A model generated the notes under the pieces. That model saw nothing but the letters and a program-made list of their open reading frames with translations. It ran no database searches and was not told where the DNA came from. From contig OY970166.1 of assembly GCA_963706595.1 (NCBI GenBank), forward strand, positions 2,176,001 to 2,240,000: a stretch of DNA of 64,000 bases, given 5' to 3'. Below are positions 49,630-60,055 of this stretch, piece by piece. Positions within the stretch are counted from its first letter, which is position 1. Each line of letters opens with the position of its first letter. Made by a program: the position numbers and the translations under genes. Source of the DNA: an uncultured cyanobacterium. Lineage in GTDB: Bacteria > Cyanobacteriota > Cyanobacteriia > Cyanobacteriales > Nostocaceae.

Positions 49630-50091
49630 CAAGAAGCCTCTCACTTAACACGATAGCGGAAGTGATGAGATGAATTGCGCGTGAATTGACGACAGTCTCC
49701 CGACCAATGCGACAGCGAGGAAGGGAGACACGGAGGAAACGAGCAAAATATTTTAAATTTGGTATAATCGATTTGGTTGACTTCACCCATATTGGTGTCT
49801 GATAAGCCTCTGTCCAATAGCATTACGATTATTGGTAAGCGACTCCGTTGCACAGCATAGAAGCAAGTAGGCACATCTTGATTAATACAGATCACCTCCG
49901 GGTTTGTCCTATAGCGCGAATAAGCCAGCATCTCATCCAGGACAGTAAAATTTGTAGGGTACAAGGTAAGAAATTGCATAGTCTGCGGAGGGGCTTCTCG
50001 TGGACTTAAAACAAAGCTCAGTCAATGTCTTCATAGAAGAGTCGCTGAGAAGCCTACACTGTATGCTTGCATCAGTGTAGGAGTATGTCAC
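49630..50091 (+). mobile_element. Non-autonomous IS200/IS605-like element (PATE-like)
   Basis: Both ends have AGAAGCC plus a subterminal hairpin (49638-69; 50053-81); right end finishes GTATGTCAC; no tnpA/tnpB ORF. Confidence 0.6.
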
Positions 50092-50131
50092 CCCGTGATT
50101 TGCTTCAAAATCTCCCCTCTCCTTAGTCCTA

Positions 50132-50451
50132 CTGGCGTGACCAGCTTAAAATAGTGCATTAGGAAAAAGCAGAAAACATAGATTTATCTCAATTTTCTCA
50201 AAAATCTATTGCAACATTTTAGCCTTGTCACGCCAGTAGTAGCGTGGCAAGCTTAAAATGGGGCATTAGGAAAAAGCAGACAACATTGATTTATCTCGAT
50301 TTTCTCAAAAATCTATTGCAACATTTTAGCCTTGTCACGCCAGTAGTAGCGTGGCAAGCTTAAAATAGTGCATTAGGTAAAAAGCAGAAAACATTGATTT
50401 ATCTCGATTTTCTCAAAAATCTATTGCAACATTTTAGCCTTGTCACGCCAG
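50132..50451. mobile_element. Three tandem ~105-bp IS630-derived MITEs separated by TA
   Basis: Units 50132-50236, 50239-50343, 50346-50451; ends match the IS630 TIRs. Confidence 0.92.
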
Positions 50452-50453
50452 TA

Positions 50454-51702
50454 GTGGCGTGACAAGCTTAAAATGTTGCATTAGAATCAACGATTTTGTG
50501 AGTTTCAAACACTGGGTAAAGATGTTTAAGTTTGATACGAGCATCATCAGTAGTAAAACGCCAAATAACTTTACCTGCGGTGCGGTTACGTTCGTTTTGC
50601 CAAGCGGTCAATTCTCTAGATAGTTGACAAATACTAGGAATTCGTCGGTCTAGGCACTGTTGGCTTAAAACGCTTAATTCAATTTCGGCAACGTTGAGCC
50701 AGCTTCCATTGCGAGGAGTGTAATAAATCTCCAGTCTCCTAGCCAAGCGGTGAGCTTCTGGTGCGGGAAAAGCTTCGTAAAGTGATGTAATGCTATGAGT
50801 GTTGAGGTTGTCACATAGCAATTTGACCTTGGTGGCTTGGGGATAGTCTTCATCTAATAGTTGACGGACTTCTTCGGCCCAATCAACACGAGTCCGATGA
50901 GCGCGATTGCTGACACGTCGCCAACCTCTGATTGGGTCAAAAAACATGAACAAAGCTTGGACTCCTTCGCGAGTATAGTGATAATCTTCTTTTGCATCTT
51001 CACCCGGTTCCATTGGTTTTGGCTCATAAAGATGCCCTGTTAATTGTCTAGAAGCTTCATCCATACAGATTAAAGGTTCCAAATCACTATGTTCTTGGCT
51101 GTAGAGGTCTAAAACTACTTCCATTTGAGAGACAAAACGTGCTATATCCCGTTCGGGAATACAAAATCTTTCTGTTTTCCAGGGGCGTAATTTGTTTTTT
51201 TTAATGTCTTTCTAATCGTCTCCCTAGAAATTTCTATGATAATTTTTCGGTTTTGAATTTCTTGCGTCAGTAATCTGAGACTCCAGTGTGCTTGCCCCGT
51301 GGGAGGTTCAGAACAACATAATGCAATGATTTGGGCTTCAGTCTGACCATCTATCTTGCTGACATTTGGTGGTTTTAACCTCTGATGACGATTTAAGGCA
51401 GGTTCTTCTCCCTGTTCGAGGAACCTCTTCCTGATTCTTGCCACCGTATTGCGATGAACCCTTAACCCTATACTTATTTCTTCATCTGTCCATTTTTTCC
51501 TTGCACCCTCTCCCTCATCGCACATTAACAACACCTGTGCGTGCAATATTTTTTTGGCTGGGGCCTGTCCGTTGCGAGCGATCGCTTCTAATCTTTTTCT
51601 TTTCTCTGTATCTAATATGACTTTATCTCTACGACCTCTCCCCATCAATTTCTCCTTTTTTTTCCTCCATTCTAATGCACTATTTTAAGCTTGCCATGCC
51701 AC
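50454..51702 (-). mobile_element. IS630-family insertion sequence
   Basis: TIRs GTGGCGTGACAAGCTTAAAAT.../...ATTTTAAGCTTGCCATGCCAC; TA on both sides. Confidence 0.95.
50468..51648 (-). CDS. IS630 transposase, two ORFs joined by -1 frameshift
   Basis: HTH ORF 51142-51648 plus DDE ORF (MDE, CDNL, NVAEIE); A8 run at 51195-51202 joins to KKNKLRPW. Confidence 0.92.
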
Positions 51703-51704
51703 TA

Positions 51705-51809
51705 CTGGCGTGGCAAGCTTAAAATGGGGCATTAGGAAAAAGCAGACAACATTGATTTATCTCGATTTTCTCAAAAATCTATTGCAACATTTTAGCCTTG
51801 TCACGCCAG
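51705..51809. mobile_element. Fourth IS630-derived MITE copy
   Basis: Near-identical to 50239-50343; TA on both sides. Confidence 0.92.
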
Positions 51810-51888
51810 TAGGGTGTGTTATGCCGAAGGCTAACGCACCATCCCAGATTTTCGGTGCGTTAGGACTAAAGTCCATAACACACCCTAC
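51809..51888. repeat. GTAG-type REP doublet
   Basis: GTAGGGTGTGTTATG...AACGCACC / GGTGCGTT...CATAACACACCCTAC inverted pair. Confidence 0.75.
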
Positions 51889-52238
51889 CGAAAGAAAATG
51901 AGTGCAGGTAATATTTTCCGACTTGTGTGTAAACTGTAGCCTCGCCTACGGGGGCTAGGGGTGGGGTGTTATGACACAAAAGAGAATTTCCCGACTTGTG
52001 TGTACACCGTAGTTCCTTAGTCAAGAGAGACGTTTAGGCTGAGGTTGGTGTATTTAATTAAATTTCTATTCTGTAACTAATGGGAAAATTTCTTTTTAAC
52101 TTAATAGCAGCAAATAAAAATGTCAAATTTTTACGGAAATTGGATTCTAGTTAATGTGGGTAGGTGGGATAATAGTGGCATATTATTATAGTTAGGCATT
52201 GGTCACCCTATTCATCCTCAAGGATACCAATTATAGAT

Positions 52239-52604
52239 ATGACAGACTTTAGAGAACTGCAAGAATGGGAAAAAGCGCACGAACTAACAGTTGCAGTCTA
52301 TGAAATTACTAAAACCTTTCCAGAAGAGGAATTACAGGGGCTAACTCAACAAATTCGTTTAGCTTGCACTACCATTCCTATCAAGATAGCTCAGGGATGC
52401 GATCGCGATGACTATGAAATGCAACTAGATTTTCTGGAAATGGCGCGAGATGCAGTGATTGAGGTGGAATACTACTTGCTGCTTTGCTTTGAGTTGAATA
52501 TGCTCAAGTCCTCTGATTATGATGATTTAATCAGTGACGTGGTAGAAGTCAAGGAACTGCTAGCATCTTATATTGATAAGCAAAGTCACAATTTTGATGA
52601 ATAG
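52239..52604 (+). CDS. Four-helix bundle protein (23S rRNA IVP-like family)
   Basis: FRELQEWEKAHEL...YEITKTFPEEELQGLTQQIR. Confidence 0.9.
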   Translation: MTDFRELQEWEKAHELTVAVYEITKTFPEEELQGLTQQIRLACTTIPIKIAQGCDRDDYEMQLDFLEMARDAVIEVEYYLLLCFELNMLKSSDYDDLISDVVEVKELLASYIDKQSHNFDE

Positions 52605-53064
52605 TAGGTTAATTAACCTCCTCCCGGAACACTTGCAAACTATCTGTAGCCATGCTCAAAGCACCTACCCAGAAGAATGCTGTGGACTAATTATCGGTTA
52701 TCTGGGTACGAAAGGCAAAACTGTCATGGAAATTATCCCCACAGAAAACGCCTGGAATACCCAATCCGGTGATTTTCCAGGAGAACACACAGTACAGACT
52801 ACCAGAAAACGATATGCGATCGCGCCCCAACTTATGTTACAGGCACAAAAAGCCGCAGGCGATCGCTCATGGAATATCATCGGTATATACCATTCCCACC
52901 CAGATAATTCCGCTACACCATCAGAATGCGATCGCCTATATGCTTGGGCAGAATACTCATATATAATAGTTGCTGTTGAAAACGGCCAAGCTACCACAGT
53001 CAAAAGTTGGATTCTTGATGATCATCACCAATTCCAACCAGAGTCAATTGAAAACATAATTTAA
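52597..53064 (+). CDS. M67 family JAB/MPN metallopeptidase
   Basis: YPEECCG and YHSHPD..PS..D JAMM motif. Confidence 0.93.
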   Translation: MNSRLINLLPEHLQTICSHAQSTYPEECCGLIIGYLGTKGKTVMEIIPTENAWNTQSGDFPGEHTVQTTRKRYAIAPQLMLQAQKAAGDRSWNIIGIYHSHPDNSATPSECDRLYAWAEYSYIIVAVENGQATTVKSWILDDHHQFQPESIENII

Positions 53065-53115
53065 AAATATCATTTTTCGATAAAATCAATATCTCGGCTG
53101 ATCTACCTAACTCCT

Positions 53116-54288
53116 ATGCTAAATCCCAACCTGGAAGAAATCCAGTTGACCAAAGACGATTACGAACGCTACTCCCGCCATTTAATCTTGCCAGAAATTG
53201 GACTAGAAGGACAAAAGCGTTTAAAAGCTGCCAGTGTATTGTGTATTGGCACTGGTGGACTAGGTTCGCCATTACTGTTATACCTTGCAGCCGCAGGTAT
53301 TGGACGCATTGGTATAGTAGATTTCGATATCGTCGATACTTCCAACCTCCAACGCCAAGTCATACACGGTACATCCTGGGTAGGTAAACCCAAAATTGAA
53401 TCCGCAAAAAACCGGATACACGAGATTAACCCCCATTGTCAGGTTGACTTATACGAAACTCGCCTCAGTGCTGAAAACGCCCTAGAGATCATTAAACCTT
53501 ATGATATCGTCGTCGATGGTACGGATAATTTCCCCACCAGATACCTTGTGAATGACGCTTGCGTATTGCTGGATAAGCCCAACGTCTACGGTTCCATTTT
53601 CCGCTTTGAAGGACAAGCCACGGTCTTTAACTACGAAGGTGGTCCCAACTATCGTGACTTATACCCAGAACCACCACCACCAGGAATGGTTCCCTCCTGT
53701 GCAGAAGGTGGCGTACTCGGTATTTTACCAGGAATGATTGGCATTATTCAGGCGACAGAAACAGTAAAAATTGTCACAGGAAAAGGTAACACCCTCAGTG
53801 GAAGATTACTATTGTACGATGCCTTAGAAATGAAATTTCGGGAATTGAAACTTCGTCCCAATCCCATTCGCCCAGTTATTGAAAAACTGATAGACTACGA
53901 ACAATTCTGCGGAATTCCCCAAGCTAAAGCAGAGGAGGCTAAACAGCAGATGGAAATGTCAGAAATGACCGTTAAGGAATTAAAAGAATTACTGGATAGC
54001 GGTGCAAAAGATTTTGTGCTATTAGATGTCCGTAACCCTCATGAATACGAAATCGCCAAAATTCCTGGTGCTGTATTGATACCCTTACCAGATATTGAAA
54101 ACGGCGACGGTGTAGCCAAAGTCAAAGAAATCCTCAATGGACATCGCTTAATTGCTCATTGTAAACTAGGCGGACGCTCCGCCAAAGCCTTGGCTATCCT
54201 CAAAGAAGCCGGAATTGAGGGAACTAATGTCAAAGGCGGAATAAACGCTTGGAGTAAAGAAGTAGATCCTTCAGTTCCAGAGTATTAA
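53116..54288 (+). CDS. moeB: Molybdopterin-synthase adenylyltransferase with rhodanese domain (MoeB/MoeZ)
   Basis: RYSRHL, GTGGLG, SNLQRQ, PSCAEGG, rhodanese CKLGGRS. Confidence 0.95.
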   Translation: MLNPNLEEIQLTKDDYERYSRHLILPEIGLEGQKRLKAASVLCIGTGGLGSPLLLYLAAAGIGRIGIVDFDIVDTSNLQRQVIHGTSWVGKPKIESAKNRIHEINPHCQVDLYETRLSAENALEIIKPYDIVVDGTDNFPTRYLVNDACVLLDKPNVYGSIFRFEGQATVFNYEGGPNYRDLYPEPPPPGMVPSCAEGGVLGILPGMIGIIQATETVKIVTGKGNTLSGRLLLYDALEMKFRELKLRPNPIRPVIEKLIDYEQFCGIPQAKAEEAKQQMEMSEMTVKELKELLDSGAKDFVLLDVRNPHEYEIAKIPGAVLIPLPDIENGDGVAKVKEILNGHRLIAHCKLGGRSAKALAILKEAGIEGTNVKGGINAWSKEVDPSVPEY

Positions 54289-54363
54289 AATCCTTTCGAC
54301 AGAGTAACGCAGAGATTCCACATTGATTCTCTGCGCCTCTGCGTGAGGTAAGAAAGTGATTAA

Positions 54364-55227
54364 TTAAGTACTCGGCTGTGACTGTGATTCATTCGCTGGC
54401 GCAGATTCTTTCTTCTCTGTCTGCGTCTCAGTTGACTGCTGTACTTGCTGGAAATGAATGTTATTCACCTGTTGAATAAAGTGTTCTAAAGCTTGGCTAG
54501 CTTTTTGTTGCTGTTGCACCTCGTCAGGAGTATCATAGAAACGATAAGGTTGTGTCACGCCCAAAATAAACTTTTCTTCTTCCGCTTCCAATAATTCTAC
54601 TACCGTGTTAGCCGCTACCCAATTCTTTTGAAAAGGGAACGACGTAACTATACTGGCGAGTATAGACGCAATAGCGGGACAAATAACCGGTAGCCACTTC
54701 AACCAAGTTTGTCCTGCTTCTATTTTATCTACCAGCACTAAAATAGGTGTGATTCCCGAAAAAACCACAGTGGTAATTTGCAGAACATAGTAAATCGTTC
54801 TCGACAAATCCCGAACTCGTCTATAGTCTTCAATCAAATCTTGACAGTATTGTAAAGCTTTAGCTTTAATTGGCGTAAAATTTTTGAGCTGCCAAGAGCT
54901 ATTATTCAATATATAAGTATAGATTTCGGCTTTTTTGTTAGCTTGGTACTGATTAGCAGCTTTTTGTGAGTCTTGAAATAATTGTCTATTGACGATGAAT
55001 AGTGAAAAGACAAAACAGAGTGCTATCACACCATAAAGAGCAAACTTTTGATTTTCGGAAAAACTAATCACAAGAATACTCAATAATAGTAAAGATGCGA
55101 TCAGCAATTTATCAATTATTTTCAGAGTTAAAAATCTTTTCTCCTCTGGCGAAACTGATGCATTACCTGTACTTTCCCCATTGGGATTTTGTATTAAATT
55201 CTCAATTATCAAATCTGGTGTAGTCAT
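54364..55227 (-). CDS. DUF4231 (SLATT-like) membrane protein
   Basis: Two TM pairs; FQKNW...ELLEAEEEKF. Confidence 0.72.
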   Translation of the reverse strand: MTTPDLIIENLIQNPNGESTGNASVSPEEKRFLTLKIIDKLLIASLLLLSILVISFSENQKFALYGVIALCFVFSLFIVNRQLFQDSQKAANQYQANKKAEIYTYILNNSSWQLKNFTPIKAKALQYCQDLIEDYRRVRDLSRTIYYVLQITTVVFSGITPILVLVDKIEAGQTWLKWLPVICPAIASILASIVTSFPFQKNWVAANTVVELLEAEEEKFILGVTQPYRFYDTPDEVQQQQKASQALEHFIQQVNNIHFQQVQQSTETQTEKKESAPANESQSQPST

Positions 55228-55593
55228 TGCTTGGTGTCTCTAGTGATTTTTTAGGGTAAAATTAACAACCAAAAATTTAGTTTCTGAATTGTTAATAGTT
55301 TTAGATATCCAATGCTTACGGATGTTTGCAGTTTTTCCCAACTCTTGTGAATCAAACCTGATCTGGAATTTCCTCTGGATCAGGATGTGTGTACACGTAG
55401 CCCTAGAAGGTGAGGAAAATATCTGTGTACATCTGTTGTGATGTTTAAATCAAAACACACTAGAGTATAATCGAACAATCAAGTTGCTGCAATCTAAATT
55501 TTCGATAATTAAGCTTTTTTTAAGGAATTAGCCCAAATTTAAAACATCCCCGATGAATGGAATTGTTTGGGGATGTTTGTCTTCGTAACTTAA

Positions 55594-56322
55594 TTAGTGC
55601 TTTTTACCAGCGCCCAAATAGAGTTCACCGACTTTGGGATCGTGTAATAATTCTTGACCAGGACCAGAGATAGCATCGCGTCCAGATTCGAGTACATAAC
55701 CACGGTCAGCCATTTCTAAGGCTTTGCGGGCGTTTTGTTCGACTAAGACAATGGCTGTACCTGTTTGATTAATTTGTTTAATTTGCTCAAATACTTGCGT
55801 TACTAGAATGGGGGATAATGCCGCAGAAGGTTCATCTAATAGCAGTAAACTAGGTTCCAACATCAAGGCTTTGCCCATAGCCAACATTTGACGTTCTCCT
55901 CCTGAGAGTGTACCAGCACGTTGACGACGGCGATCGCTTAGTCTAGGAAACATGGTAAAAATTTTATCTTTCAGGGGTTTCAGGGGAATATCACGGACAA
56001 AAGCCCCCATTTCTAGATTTTCCTCAACACTCAGGGAAGCAAAAACATTAGTTAGCTGTGGTACATAGGACATTCCCTTCCTGACAATTTGATTAGACTT
56101 TAACCCAGCAATATTTTCATCTTTAAAGGTAATAGTGCCTGTGTGAGGAGTTAAAAGCCCAAAAATAGTTTTAGCTAGGGTGGATTTACCCGCACCGTTG
56201 GGACCAATTACTGTTACCAATTCACCGGGTTTCACACAAAAATTTACCCCTTTGAGGATATCTATATCTTTGCTGTATCCGGCATGGACATCTTTAACTT
56301 CTAGTAAATAATCATTAGTCAT
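55594..56322 (-). CDS. Branched-chain/neutral amino acid ABC ATP-binding subunit (LivF/NatE type)
   Basis: GPNGAGKS, AGTLSGGERQMLA, LDEPS, VEQN. ATG 56322. Confidence 0.92.
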   Translation of the reverse strand: MTNDYLLEVKDVHAGYSKDIDILKGVNFCVKPGELVTVIGPNGAGKSTLAKTIFGLLTPHTGTITFKDENIAGLKSNQIVRKGMSYVPQLTNVFASLSVEENLEMGAFVRDIPLKPLKDKIFTMFPRLSDRRRQRAGTLSGGERQMLAMGKALMLEPSLLLLDEPSAALSPILVTQVFEQIKQINQTGTAIVLVEQNARKALEMADRGYVLESGRDAISGPGQELLHDPKVGELYLGAGKKH

Positions 56323-56530
56323 TAGTCGAGAGCATCCGAATTTCTTAAAAATATAGAAGACCCATGCAAAAAACCTATTAAACCCTCTTTCCTTGGCGTT
56401 CTTTGCGTCTTGGCGGTTCGTTTTTGCCAAAATCCCATAAATAAATTAAACTTAAACATTTGGGATGCTCCGCATGAGACATTAGTCAACAGCCAAGTTA
56501 ACAATAACTATAGACTGTTGACAGACAATT

Positions 56531-56755
56531 TTAAGGTGTTTTTTGCAAATCAGGACGTTCTTCGGGAAGGATTGCATCTGCTACCGGGCAAACTTGGATA
56601 CATATACCACAATCGATACAAGTGGCAAAATCAATCCAATACCAATCGGTTCCCTTGACATTTTTCCCAGGACCTTCATGAATACAAGCTACTGGACAAG
56701 CATCTACGCAGTCAGCAACGCCTTCACAAACATTAGTAACAATCGTGTGCGGCAT
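56531..56755 (-). CDS. Bacterial-type dicluster ferredoxin
   Basis: CEGVADCVDACP and CIDCGICIQVCP. Confidence 0.93.
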   Translation of the reverse strand: MPHTIVTNVCEGVADCVDACPVACIHEGPGKNVKGTDWYWIDFATCIDCGICIQVCPVADAILPEERPDLQKTP

Positions 56756-56797
56756 TTTTTCGATTCCCTCTCTTTCGGATCAGCTATATCTAGCCTA

Positions 56798-56987
56798 GCA
56801 GGGGAAGAAGCCGGGGGGCAGGGCGCAGGGCGCAGGGGAGAAGAGGCAGGGGGGCAGGGAGCAGGGGGCAGGGGAGAACAAGAATTTCCTACTCCCTACT
56901 CCCTACTCCCCACTCCCCATTCCCTACTCCCCACTCCCCACTCCCCATTCCCCACTCCCCATTCCCCACTCCCCACTCCCCACTCCC
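56798..56987. repeat. STRR tracts (CAGGGGG)n and (CCCCACT/CCCTACT)n
   Basis: Tandem heptamers. Similar tracts at 4411-4441 and 60105-60178; (TCATTAG)n at 60050-60092. Confidence 0.9.
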
Positions 56988-56990
56988 TAA

Positions 56991-58202
56991 TTAACGCAAT
57001 GATTCATTCACAATTGAACCATCAGATTTAATCCAAGCAATTTCGGCAATGCCGCGATCGCTTGCGTATTTTCTCGTAGCTTCCACATCTCTGCCACCTA
57101 AGTCCATTTCTACTCGTACCAAATCTGTAGAATCACGCAATTTTTGCGCGTGGGCAAAGGCCGCAGCTTCCATATTTGCTGTTTGGGCTACTACTAACCA
57201 GTTACTAGCAGGAGTTGATTGCGGTAATTGCTGAGTAGATAGAATAACTTGAGATAAATCTTCGATATTCAGGACAAAACCAATACCGGGAATATCTTCG
57301 CCTTGGGGATGATATAGTCCTAAAAGCTGGTCGTAGCGACCACCACGCCCTAAAACTCTGGCTTGTGAATCCGTATGGCTGACGATTTCAAAGACTATGC
57401 CAGTATAGTAGTCTATGGTTTGAATTAAGCTCAGGTCAAGAATTAAAGGAAAGTCCCCTTCTGATTGTAATAACTCTACCACAGATCTGAGGTTATTGAC
57501 AATCTCTTGTTGCTCTGGATCTAAACCGAGACTACTGACTTTTTGCAAGACATCGGCACTGTCACCACGCAAATCCATCATAATGATGGCGCGATCGCGT
57601 AGTTTATCGCTTAAAGGTAAATTATCGATGGCTATGCGGTCAAGATGAGCGATCGCACTGCGAACTGTAGCTTGGATATTCGCCGGAAAAGCATCCAGGA
57701 GCGATCGCGTAATTCCCGCTTCGCCCAAAATCAAATGCCAATCCTGCAAACCCAGTGCAGCCAGACAATTTTTCGCTAATAGCAGCACTTCGGCATTTGC
57801 CAACAATCCGCCCACACCTAACAACTCAACCCCAGACTGATAAAACTCTTGCTGGCGATTGTGCCTGTTTTCCCAGGTACGGCGAAAGACATTGGCATTG
57901 TAGTAGAGCCGTTGCGGATAAGAAACATCTGTCATCCGCGTAGCCACTGCACGAGCAATAGAAGCTGTCAATTCGGGACGCAATCCTAATTCTTCATCTT
58001 CACCATTTTGCAGCTGAATCACCATCTGGCGATCAATTGCTTCTCCCGCCATCAGAGTATCCATCCGTTCCAACGTGGAAGTGATAATCTGGTGATATCC
58101 CCAACGATGAAACACTTGCTGTAACCGATCTTCAATCCAGCGTTTTTGAGCCACATCTAAAGGCAATAAATCCCTGGCTCCCGCTGCTGGTTGATACACC
58201 AT
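56991..58202 (-). CDS. hisZ: ATP phosphoribosyltransferase regulatory subunit
   Basis: HisRS-like: LRPELTASIAR, EFYQSGVEL, YYTGIVF, GGRYD. Confidence 0.93.
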   Translation of the reverse strand: MVYQPAAGARDLLPLDVAQKRWIEDRLQQVFHRWGYHQIITSTLERMDTLMAGEAIDRQMVIQLQNGEDEELGLRPELTASIARAVATRMTDVSYPQRLYYNANVFRRTWENRHNRQQEFYQSGVELLGVGGLLANAEVLLLAKNCLAALGLQDWHLILGEAGITRSLLDAFPANIQATVRSAIAHLDRIAIDNLPLSDKLRDRAIIMMDLRGDSADVLQKVSSLGLDPEQQEIVNNLRSVVELLQSEGDFPLILDLSLIQTIDYYTGIVFEIVSHTDSQARVLGRGGRYDQLLGLYHPQGEDIPGIGFVLNIEDLSQVILSTQQLPQSTPASNWLVVAQTANMEAAAFAHAQKLRDSTDLVRVEMDLGGRDVEATRKYASDRGIAEIAWIKSDGSIVNESLR

Positions 58203-59170
58203 TATTTTTTATTCCCACCAAAGAAACCACCAAACAAACCCCCACCTCCTGACTTATCTGGTTGATTAGCGCCATCATGAGGAGGTGAGGTTACTTTTGA
58301 GCCACTCGATTGTGTCCCTAAAACCTTTTCTATTTTAGGTTTCCATGACAATGCTATTGCATTTGTGGGATCTAATTTCAAAGCATTATCAAAATGAATT
58401 TTGGCCATCTTCACCTGATTTTGCTTCAAATATACCAAGGCAATCAAACTATGACAGTGACTATTTTTAGGTTCGAGCTTCAGAGCCTCCTGTAACTCCA
58501 CCTTGGCTGGACTAAATTGCTGTTTGTTCATTAAACCTTCAGCCCGGCGGATATACTGCTCTACAGGGGAATCCTCTTTGACTGCTGGGGGTGGCGGTGG
58601 CGGTGCTGTCTTGAGCTTTGCCGTAGCTGAATTACTTTGAGATTTAGCCGATGACAGTGGCGAGGTGAAAGCGTTGGCAGCACTCCGCATCAGGTAAACT
58701 AAATTTAACTCACTGATTTGAGATATCGTCTCAATTGATTGCTGTAACGAGTCATATTGAATAGCCGCAATTTGAGCGATCGCAGTTTTGTAAGAATAAT
58801 CAATATTAGGGGCATTAACTAGTTGTTTCGCCAAGTCGCTACTTAATTCTACTGAAGTAGATTCTTGTACTAGGCGCTTGCCTATTTGAGACAAAACTAT
58901 AATGTATTCTGTGCGACTACGTTCTTTAGAAAGATTTTCATAAGCTGGGTTCACCAACTTTGATAACAATTCATTAGCTAGCTGTTTTTCCTGAGCAGAG
59001 ATCACCACGCTGCTATCCGGGTGCAAACGGCGAGCAATTTGCAGATAACGTTTACGTATGTCCTTCACATCCGCATCAACCGGAACACACAAAATTGCGT
59101 GATGGTCTATCAAATCATATTTAAACAATCCCTGATCTATTTTTAAAGACATAGAGCGGTTCTGCACCAA
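58202..59170 (-). CDS. DnaJ-domain + TPR protein
   Basis: J-domain HPD motif and C-terminal TPR. Confidence 0.9.
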   Translation of the reverse strand: MVQNRSMSLKIDQGLFKYDLIDHHAILCVPVDADVKDIRKRYLQIARRLHPDSSVVISAQEKQLANELLSKLVNPAYENLSKERSRTEYIIVLSQIGKRLVQESTSVELSSDLAKQLVNAPNIDYSYKTAIAQIAAIQYDSLQQSIETISQISELNLVYLMRSAANAFTSPLSSAKSQSNSATAKLKTAPPPPPPAVKEDSPVEQYIRRAEGLMNKQQFSPAKVELQEALKLEPKNSHCHSLIALVYLKQNQVKMAKIHFDNALKLDPTNAIALSWKPKIEKVLGTQSSGSKVTSPPHDGANQPDKSGGGGLFGGFFGGNKK

Positions 59171-59242
59171 AAGAGCTTGAGCTTTTCTCTATTTTACCCG
59201 TAATTTGTCAGTAGTAGATGTGATCAGTTTTCCTGACATCCT

Positions 59243-60055
59243 TCACTTCCAGCTTGACAAAGGCGGAACTTCTACCAACTCATGACTCAGCTTGTGGTGA
59301 ATCTTACCATTAGTAGCCAAAATTCTACCTGATTCAATTTTGAAAGGAGTACCATCATAAGCAGTAACTTCACCCCCAGCTTCTCGCAATAAAACTATCC
59401 CTGCGACCACATCCCAAGGCGAAATTCCCCGTTCCCAGTAACCATCAACACGCCCACAAGCAACATAAGCCAAATCTAGGGCGGCGGAACCGCTACGCCT
59501 CACACCTTGGGTGAGATGAGTCAAGTGACAAAATTCGGCATAGTTATTATCCGATGTTTCCCGGCGGTCATAAGCAAATCCCGTTACCAAGAGGCTTTTA
59601 CCCAGTTCAGATGTTTCTGAAACCTTGATAGAATGACGGTTGCGCGTCGCGCCTAAGCCAGTAGCCGCCCGAAATAGCTCATCATGAAAAGGGTCATAAA
59701 TTACCCCAACTTGTGGCACACCATCAACTAATAGCCCAATAGAAACAGCAAAAGCCGAGTATTGGTGAGCGTAGTTAGTTGTACCATCTAAGGGGTCAAT
59801 TGCCCAGAGATACTGATGATCTTGATTTCCCAACTTGCCTGATTCTTCAGCCAGGATAGAATGTTCGGGAAAGTGGCGACGCAAAATTTCCAAAATCACC
59901 GCTTCCGAAGCTTTATCCGCCACAGTGACTAAATCACCAGGACGACCCTTTTCAGTAATAGCATCTTCTAACTTACCCAAATACCCTTGCAAAACCGCAC
60001 CCGCAGCCATAGCCGCCTCTGTCGCAATATCGAGAAAAATTTGTAAATTAGTCAT
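59243..60055 (-). CDS. suhB: Inositol monophosphatase family protein
   Basis: WAIDPLDGTTNY, GSAALDL, PWDVVAG. Confidence 0.93.
   Translation of the reverse strand: MTNLQIFLDIATEAAMAAGAVLQGYLGKLEDAITEKGRPGDLVTVADKASEAVILEILRRHFPEHSILAEESGKLGNQDHQYLWAIDPLDGTTNYAHQYSAFAVSIGLLVDGVPQVGVIYDPFHDELFRAATGLGATRNRHSIKVSETSELGKSLLVTGFAYDRRETSDNNYAEFCHLTHLTQGVRRSGSAALDLAYVACGRVDGYWERGISPWDVVAGIVLLREAGGEVTAYDGTPFKIESGRILATNGKIHHKLSHELVEVPPLSSWK

Noticed and set aside
49641..49979. 112-aa minus-strand ORF
   Set aside because: No recognisable motifs; it lies antisense within the IS605-like element.
50132..50451. CRISPR-like periodic array
   Set aside because: Whole ~107-bp units repeat with no unique spacers, the ends match IS630 TIRs, and there are no cas genes.
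52239..52604. Avd-like four-helix bundle suggesting a diversity-generating retroelement
   Set aside because: No reverse transcriptase or TR/VR pair in the window; this family is common as stand-alone genes.
52597..54288. JAB + E1-like pair as a CBASS or ubiquitin-like defence system
   Set aside because: MoeB-rhodanese with an M67 peptidase is the ordinary sulfur-carrier activation pair; no cyclase or E2 is present.
55360..55400. Complete MITE of the 41368 family
   Set aside because: Only one degenerate end (GGATGTGTGTACACGTAG) is recognisable, with no partner TIR or TSD.
56323..56471. N-terminal extension of the LivF-like ORF (to 56430)
   Set aside because: Derived from a MITE-like repeat (GAGCATCC...GGATGCTC ends); ATG 56322 is the more plausible start.
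56543..57031. 162-aa ORF, and similar ORFs at 60069-60359 and 60098-60352
   Set aside because: Translations of STRR tracts and antisense of real genes.
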